A DNA stretch of 26,106 nucleotides from Octopus sinensis (taxonomy: Eukaryota). Position numbers and translations under genes: made by a program. Shown here piece after piece: positions 20,036 to 26,106 of this stretch. The notes below the pieces were generated by a model. The model saw only the letters and a program-made list of their open reading frames with translations. It searched no databases and was not told where the DNA came from. The stretch is from contig NW_021835632.1 in the NCBI RefSeq assembly GCF_006345805.1, positions 1-26,106 of the forward strand. The letters are read 5' to 3'. The stretch's first letter is position 1. Each line of letters opens with the position of its first letter.

Positions 20036-20209
20036 TATTAGTTATAGTGGTAATATGCAGTTGAAGAACGTCAGTTCTGAAAAATGGCCATTGAGGAATT
20101 TTAAGAATAAGCATGAAACAAAGGGGATGTATTGGCTACAAAAAAAAAATCAAAATCTATGATGTTTGTGAATGTGTTCCCTTCTTTGAGAAAATGGCTT
20201 GACCTGAAA

Positions 20210-21525
20210 TATAATAATAGTAATAATGAAATTATTGTATACAGTGCTCAGGTGCACCACAACTTGTCAGAAAGTGCGTATAAAGCATATGCAGTAATGT
20301 ACAAATGTCTGGAAAGCGAACAATGTATGAGTCAGATACATGCTTGCGTGTGTATAGAGGGGAGAAAATCAAAGAGTAGTGTTGGCGAATCTCAGGAAGC
20401 ATGGAAGTTTTGAAGGATGCAGTGCTCCGACAACTAACAGTTGATGCCGGCAGTTTGTTCCATGCTTCAGCAACTCTTAGCATGAAAAAATGTTTCCGAA
20501 AGTCATGGGAGCTGTGCTGTTTTCTGACTTTGTAAATATGTCCACGGGTGTTAGACGGGTGGAGTTTGAAAAGGTGCTCAGAGTTATTGTTTGTAAGAGG
20601 GTTAATAATTTTATGGGTATCTGCCAAGTCAGCTGCCAGACGGAGTTTCAATGTGTCCATGCCCAGGGAAGTAAGGCGTTCAGAATATGGCAAATGCCTG
20701 ATGGAGGGCATTCTTTTGGTTGCACGTTGCTGAACGGCTTCCAGACGATTAATATCCTGGGTAAGATAGGGGTTCCAGACCAGTGATGCAAATTCCAGGT
20801 GAGGTCTTACCATAGTTATATAAAGCTGCAGATAGATAGCCAGAGAGTGGCTCACAAAGGACTTGGTGAGTGATGCCAAGACACCCTCAGCCTTCTTGAC
20901 AATTTTAGCGATGTGTTTTGTCCAACGCAAATCACTGTTGACAATAACACTCAGGTCACATTCACACGTAGACTTTTTGAGATTAGTGTTGTGGAGGGAG
21001 TAAGTAGACGCTGGGTTTCTCCTCCCAAAATGCATGGTGGCACATTTGTCCACAGCCAGTTTAAGTTGCCAGTCCATGATCCACTGCTGCATTGTGTTCA
21101 GGTCTGATTGCAATAAAGATCTATAGTGTACAGGATCTGACCTCTTTATTTCGAGGTACAACTTGATGTCATCTGCATATTTCAGCACTGTAGCATTCTT
21201 TAAGTTGGCATCTATGTCATTAACATATGCAACAAATAAAAGGGGGCCAAGAACAGATCCCTGTGGTACACCAGATGTCATCTCATAGGGTGAAGAGTGT
21301 TGTCCTAGAACTGTGACAACCTCTTTTCGGTCGAAAATAAAGGACTTCAACCAGTTATAAAGATCGTCTCTTATGCCCAATGCAGAGAGTTTCACCATAA
21401 GTCTTTTGTGTGGCACAGAGTTAAAAGCCTTAGCAAAGTCCAGGTAAACAACATACACCCAGGATCCGCGATCAGTGATTTGGGTAATGTCCTCAAGAAA
21501 CTCGATGAGTTGATTACAGCAGCTA
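20210..21525 (-). mobile_element. 5'-truncated CR1-clade-like LINE with open reverse-transcriptase frame
   Basis: ORF 20232-21644 has YLDFAKAFNSVPH, SGVPQGSVLGPLLF, KYADDIKLY, VRPHLEFA..WNP, TRGH..K, FF..RV..WNKLP. The 3' end has a GTGCACCTGAGCAC stem-loop-like motif and an (ATT)n tail. No endonuclease domain or authentic start. Confidence 0.92.
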
Positions 21526-21684
21526 AAGTTAGGAGTAAAGTTAGGAATATTCAACACACATCCCCTATTCTTACTTGTAGTACACCCTCTATTATACTTG
21601 AATTTCTGTTTTCCTTTCTGTTGATTTTTGCTAACACAAAACACACCCCCATGTCCGTTACTGACTTAAATATCTGAAAAATCA

Positions 21685-21910
21685 GATGAGATAGTCATGG
21701 CTGGAATGCTTTTGACTATTGATTTGCTAACACAGAGCTTCAATTATAGTGCACACTTCTAAGACTACTTCGACTTACCCCTAAACGACGACAGGATAGA
21801 TACAGCTTTAATGTCTTAATCATGATCCTGCTTGAGCAGGACTGACCGAGGGCTACAAAAACAACAACAACAACAACAACAACGGTAGCAATAATACCGA
21901 CAACAGCAAC
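21685..21910 (+). mobile_element. Degenerate interspersed repeat 3' end(s) with (CAA)n tail
   Basis: GTCATGGCTGGAATGC and CAGGACTGACCGAGGGCTA precede (CAA)n; similar sequence is inverted at 22495-22562. Confidence 0.4.
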
Positions 21911-21962
21911 AAATGAATACTCATGTCCTTCAATTCTATATTTAATTAGCTTATTAATTTAA

Positions 21963-22181
21963 CCCTTTAGCATCTAAACCGGCCATATCCGGCCGAAAGT
22001 ATTCTGCCTGTTCTATGTTCAAACTGGCCAGATCTGGTCTCTCACACCAACCCTACAATATCGTTTTAAAAATTAACAGCTACCTCATCAAAATCTCATA
22101 GCTACAAGATAAAGCATGATTAGTTCAAAACAATGTGGATGAAAGCATTAATTTTGGCAGAATAATGCAAACACTAAAGGG
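21963..22181 (+). mobile_element. piggyBac-type MITE (219 bp)
   Basis: TTAA TSDs (21959-62, 22182-85), CCCTTTAG TIRs, shared AAACCGGCCATATCCGGCC with 12579-12798. Confidence 0.9.
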
Positions 22182-22317
22182 TTAAGTCTTGTGAAAGGGA
22201 CAGGAAGATAATTAGACTTTTATTAGTGCATTCTATCCACAACCATGTTGTCATTGTTAGTGCTTAGATGCAAATCTGTCATCTGTCTGCTTTGATTGGG
22301 TCCACGTTAAGGTAGTG

Positions 22318-22500
22318 CAGTTGTTGCTGCTGTTGTTGTTATTGCTGTTTCTGTTGTTGTTGTTACTGCTGCTGTTGTTGGTGGTGGTGGTAGTTATGGT
22401 GGTGGTAGTTATAGTGTTGTTGTTTTTGTTGTTGTTGTTGTTGCTTTTGCTGTTGTTGTAGTTGTTGTTGGTGGTGTTCTTGTTGCCGTTGCTGTTGTTT
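22318..22500. repeat. (TTG)n/(GTG)n/(CTG)n trinucleotide field
   Basis: Directly visible. Confidence 0.92.
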
Positions 22501-22597
22501 AACACCAGGTCATCACTGACCTGATTAGCCTATGACGGAAGAGAATCTAGCTGTGATCATCCAGCCTTTTGGTTGGTCTTTAATCTTCTATCTTTCA

Positions 22598-22920
22598 TAC
22601 TTTTCTTTTTCCAGTCATTAGATTGTGGCCATGCTGGGGCATCACCTTGAAGACTTTTAGTCAAATGAAACTACCCCAGAACTTATTTTCATACTTAAGA
22701 TGGCGGCTTATTCCATTTGTCCTTTTTGCAAAATTTCTAAGCTGTGAAGATGTAAACACACCAATGCTGGTTGTCAAGTGGCATTGGGTTACAAACACAG
22801 AAACACAAACATACACATACATACTATGGGCTTCATTTCAGTTTCTATCCATGAAGTCCACTCATAGCACTTGCCAAAGATGCAATGCAGTAAGACTGAA
22901 CCTGGAGTCGTGTGGTTAAG
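22598..22920 (-). mobile_element. SINE family B, diverged and internally deleted
   Basis: CAGTCATT.GA.TG.GGCCATGCTGG, TGTAAACACACCA, TTTCAGTTTC, CACTTGCC..ACTGAACC occur in the expected order. Confidence 0.8.
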
Positions 22921-22978
22921 ACTATGCACAGGCATATATATGAAGGCTACTGTTCATTGCCAATATATATAACATCTA

Positions 22979-23436
22979 TCTATATATATAAAGGTGAGAA
23001 TGTGTGTGTGTGTGAGTGTGTGTGAATCCTTAAAACTCTAGAACTACACAACTGGTCATTCAAAGAGATTTATAGATTGCAAATTTATTCTCTCCAGTTA
23101 CCTATCGGCATAGTGATTATTGGCAAACTCCAGAGGTGACACTTTCATTTCCCCTTAGTCCTTACGTCACACAGTTGTTAATGTTTATTTGAGTAGGGTT
23201 ATGCCCTTCCAATTGCAATAGATCTGTAATGCATTTTACGGCCGTGCCCGTCACCTGTATGGTGAGGAATCCGGTAATGACCAGGGTAGGGTAGCTGACT
23301 GCTTACTGCAATCATTCGTCTTTTGGTTTCTTGTAGCTTTGCTCTCTTTCACAAACTCAGTGAACATACATATATTTCCGATTTCAAAAAAATTTCAATT
23401 CCATGTGTCATGGGCAACGCCAGGTATCTCTGCTAG
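22979..23436 (+). mobile_element. Non-autonomous Helitron
   Basis: A|TCTATATATATAAA 5' end followed by a (TG)n tract; subterminal GGGCAACGCCAGG hairpin; CTAG|T 3' end; no TSD. An alternative 5' TC lies at 22975. Confidence 0.75.
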
Positions 23437-23472
23437 TATATATATATATATAATATATATATCAGTTTGTGC

Positions 23473-23515
<43 letters not shown>

Positions 23516-23554
23516 TATACACACACACACACATTCATATACATGTACATATGT

Positions 23555-23930
23555 TGGTTGTCTACTCCTTATACAGAGTTTGACCACCTCCTGTACTTAC
23601 ACCTTAGAACCATCATGGCATCTGATGGCTTTTCAACCCAGACAATGTTTTGAAAAGACACCCACATAGATTGCATATCTGATTTGGACCACCAAGAGCT
23701 GCAGTTAAGTACCGATCTTTATGGATCTTAAAATGTCTTTTGAGGTCTCTGTTAAAATTGCAGACCTTATGGCATACACAGTATTGAAAGGCAGAATAGT
23801 TGGTAGAGGTTAGTTTTCCATGGGTTTGCAAATGAAATCTGAGCCCAGCATGGTCTATCACAAACTGTACACACAAAAAGATTATTGCGATTCAATTCTC
23901 GTAACATTTTTCCATAATTATCTTTCTTGA
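23555..23930 (-). mobile_element. Diverged RTE-like LINE 3' end with three degenerate C2H2 fingers
   Basis: FVCTVCDRPC.., YCVCHKVCNFNRDLKRHFKIH, ICNLCGCLFKTLSGLKSH. UTR GGTCAAACTC..GAGTAGACAACC parallels 15740-15770. Confidence 0.72.
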
Positions 23931-23999
23931 GATTTATGTGTGTGTGTATATACATATATATATATTATATATATATATTATATATATGAATAAATGAAA

Positions 24000-24506
24000 G
24001 AATGGAGTCGAATGAAGATGTTAACAAAATTCCTTTACTCTCGAAATTGTTTCGAAGACAACATGGTTTCATTCCAAAGGAATAGAGGGTGCATTATGCA
24101 ATCTTTCTCAGGAAAGACAGGGAGCCTCTCTCGACAACAAGACAAACAAAAATTTCGATGACTGCCTACATGGTAAACAAAACGATAATGAGAGTTTTTA
24201 AAAAAACCGTTAGAAGAATTGACGTCAAAGATAGATAGTAGGAATAATAGGTAGGGAACAAGTAGAGAGGGAAGGGTACGTTGATTGAAAGAATGTTCGA
24301 AGGCTTAGGAAAGAATTTCGCTATTGAAGTGGAGTGCACGTTAAGCTAATTGTTCAAACCACAGTGACTATCGTTATCATTTATATGAGTAGAAAGTATG
24401 TTTCTGCCAGTGTTTACATTTGTATGATTTTTCTATGAGTGTGTTTACAAGGGGAACCTTAGAGAAGAGAATATGGAAGAGTTCAGAGTTGCAAATGTTA
24501 CAAAAT
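24000..24506 (-). mobile_element. Penelope-like element, 3' half (endonuclease C-terminus + terminal region)
   Basis: Minus frame FCNICNSELFHILFSKVPLVNTLIEKSYKCKHWQKHTFYSYK* is homologous to the 13.6-13.7 kb copy; a hammerhead-like motif lies downstream. Confidence 0.85.
24038..24116 (-). ncRNA. Degenerate hammerhead-ribozyme motif
   Basis: Stem I CUUUC/GAGAG, core CUGAGA (shortened), stem II AAGAU.GCAU/AUGU.GUCUU with inner UAUUCC-UUU-GGAAUG, then C-GAAAC-AAU-UUC. Confidence 0.45.
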
Positions 24507-24970
24507 TATAATAGAAAAAAAAAGAAGGACAGTGACAATCTCAGAGAAAATATTACCAATTTGCAAAATAAGGATTAATGGAACTATCTGGAAACAAGCT
24601 GACGGTTTTGGATTTTGAATATTTGGAAACCATTATTAGATCAGATGAGAAAGACATCAAAGAAATTAAGTCAAGGATTGGACAAGCCAAGGCAGCATCT
24701 GATTGAGATCAAACATATTTTGTCCACTAGGTGCAGGTGTAGCACTAGTGGACAAAATATGTTTGATCTCGATCAGATGCTGCCTTGGCTTGTCCAATCC
24801 TTGACTTAATTTCTTTGATGTCTTTCTCATCTGATCTAATAATGGTTTCCAAATATTCAAAATCCAAAACCGTCAGCTTGTTTCCAGATAGTTCCATTAA
24901 TCCTTATTTTGCAAATTGGTAATATTTTCTCTGAGATTGTCATTGTCCTTCTTTTTTTCTATTATAATTT
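24503..24970. repeat. Near-perfect inverted repeat: arms 24503-24730 and 24745-24970, 14-nt spacer
   Basis: Arms differ only by 2 substitutions and A9 versus T7; mirrored ORFs appear in the ORF track. Confidence 0.97.
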
Positions 24971-25248
24971 AAAACCCATCTTTTCACTCTCATCATTAAC
25001 CATACAATCTAATGTTTATAGAGCCTTTCTCAGCTCTTGTTCTGAGTATTGTGTTAGATGTACAAGTGATATTGTTAATGTTTTGTTCTCAGATCTCATA
25101 TTCCTGATTGCTGTTCAATAGATCATATATAATAGAAATAGATCTGATGATAACACATGATCCTGATGTGTTCTACTCTTGATATATTTCTCTTTCTGTT
25201 TTATTTCATTTCCAGTTCTGAATGCTGTTTGTTTATTGCCTATATATT
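24745..25248 (-). pseudogene. Old RTE-clade reverse-transcriptase fragment (source of the palindrome arm)
   Basis: Minus pieces QTAFRTGNE..THQDHVLSSDLFLLY, INNI, ESEKMGFKL, CKIRING, FEYLETII.SD..EIKSRIGQAKAA follow RTE RT motif order; the YADD motif has decayed. Confidence 0.7.
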
Positions 25249-25812
25249 CTCTTTTATTCTTCTACTTGTTTCAGTCATTTGATTGTGGCCATGCAGGAGC
25301 ACCGTCTTTAGTCAAACAAATCGACCCCAGGACTTATTCTTTGTAAGCCTAGTACTTATTCAATAGGTCGCTTTTGCCAAACTGCTAAGTTACAGGAACG
25401 TAAACGCAGCAATGGTGGGGTGACAAACATAGACACAAAAGTACATACATATAAATATATATATATACAACGGGTTTCTTTCAGTTTCCATCTACCAAAT
25501 CCACTCACAAGGCTTTGGTCAGCCTGAAGCTATTGTAGAAACTTCTTATTTCTTTATTGCCCAAAAGGGGCTAAACACAGAGGGGACAAACAAGGACAGA
25601 CAGAGAGATTAAGTCGATTGCATTGACCCCAGTGTGTACCTGGTACTTAATTTATCGACCCCGAAAGGATGAAAGGTAAAATCGACCTCGGTGAAATTTG
25701 AACTCAGGACGTAATGGCAGACGAAATACTGCTAAACATTTCACCCGGCGTTGTTAACGTTTCTGCCAGGTCACCGCTCAAAGCTTTTTACCAGACAGCT
25801 ACACCTGTGCCT
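25249..25812 (-). mobile_element. SINE family B, interrupted by a family A SINE
   Basis: Tail and body at 25249-25540, head remnant at 25780-25812. Confidence 0.88.
25543..25778 (-). mobile_element. SINE family A, full length, nested
   Basis: Reverse-complement homologue of 777-997. Confidence 0.88.
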
Positions 25813-25817
25813 ATATA

Positions 25818-26106
25818 TCTCCTGCCTTATCAAAAGGAAAGGATACAGACAGTATGAACCAATCTAACTTGAAATTTATATGTTGTCTTTAAGACGCCAA
25901 ACTAATTTACTTAGCCCTGTACTATGTCGTTTTTTACTATCCCTGAATGTTGAATAATGGTTTGAATTCTCTTGGTTATCTTGGATAACGGGAGGTGGAC
26001 GCTCCTCTTATAGAAGAAGACATCGGTACCGGAAGAAATTCTACACTGCTAAATAGAATTCTTAATCTTAGAATTACTAGACAAAAATTTAATTCTGTTG
26101 GGGTTG
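25818..26106 (-). mobile_element. Penelope-like element, upstream half of GIY-YIG endonuclease (runs off window)
   Basis: Minus strand, with frameshifts: IKFLSSNSKIKNSI*QCRISSGTDVFFY..S..LPLSK..KRI/NHYSTFRDSKKRHSTGLSKLVWRLKDN/WFILSVSFPFDKAG, colinear with the 13.7-13.97 kb copy. Confidence 0.85.

Noticed and set aside
19291-20162. Asp-rich, Ser-rich and Ile-rich ORFs
   Set aside because: Translations of a (GAT)n field.
20232-21644. Functional 470-aa RT gene or prokaryote-type retron/DGR system
   Set aside because: The N-terminal ~40 codons are flanking DNA, the motifs and tail are those of a 5'-truncated non-LTR retrotransposon, and no accessory genes are present.
24615-24860. Pair of near-identical 64-aa ORFs on opposite strands
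   Set aside because: Consequence of the palindrome; they are off-frame readings of a decayed RTE fragment.
24503-24970. Foldback/MITE transposon interpretation of the palindrome
   Set aside because: No TSD; the right arm continues seamlessly into RTE sequence, so the arms are not element termini.

Overview
AT-rich, microsatellite-dense eukaryotic non-coding DNA. The repeat repertoire looks like that of coleoid cephalopods, most likely Octopus; this is an inference from repeat style, not a database match. No intact host protein-coding gene is supportable, and almost all ORFs in the track are simple-repeat artefacts. The window is a layered transposon graveyard: two tRNA-derived SINE families, several RTE-clade LINE fragments, a 5'-truncated CR1-like LINE with an open RT frame, a full-length dead Hsmar1-like mariner, a pogo/Tigger remnant, two TTAA piggyBac-type MITEs, a non-autonomous Helitron, a solo LTR, and three Penelope-like (GIY-YIG) elements. 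The most unusual items are: (i) hammerhead-ribozyme motifs with an unusually long stem II at the 3' ends of two related Penelope-like copies; (ii) a ~227-bp-arm near-perfect palindrome; (iii) a 1.3-kb composite block carrying that palindrome, which splits a Penelope endonuclease whose halves rejoin in frame; (iv) a 160-bp templated insertion matching sequence 4.3 kb away; (v) candidate plus-strand micro/small exons, one enclosed by an inverted repeat.
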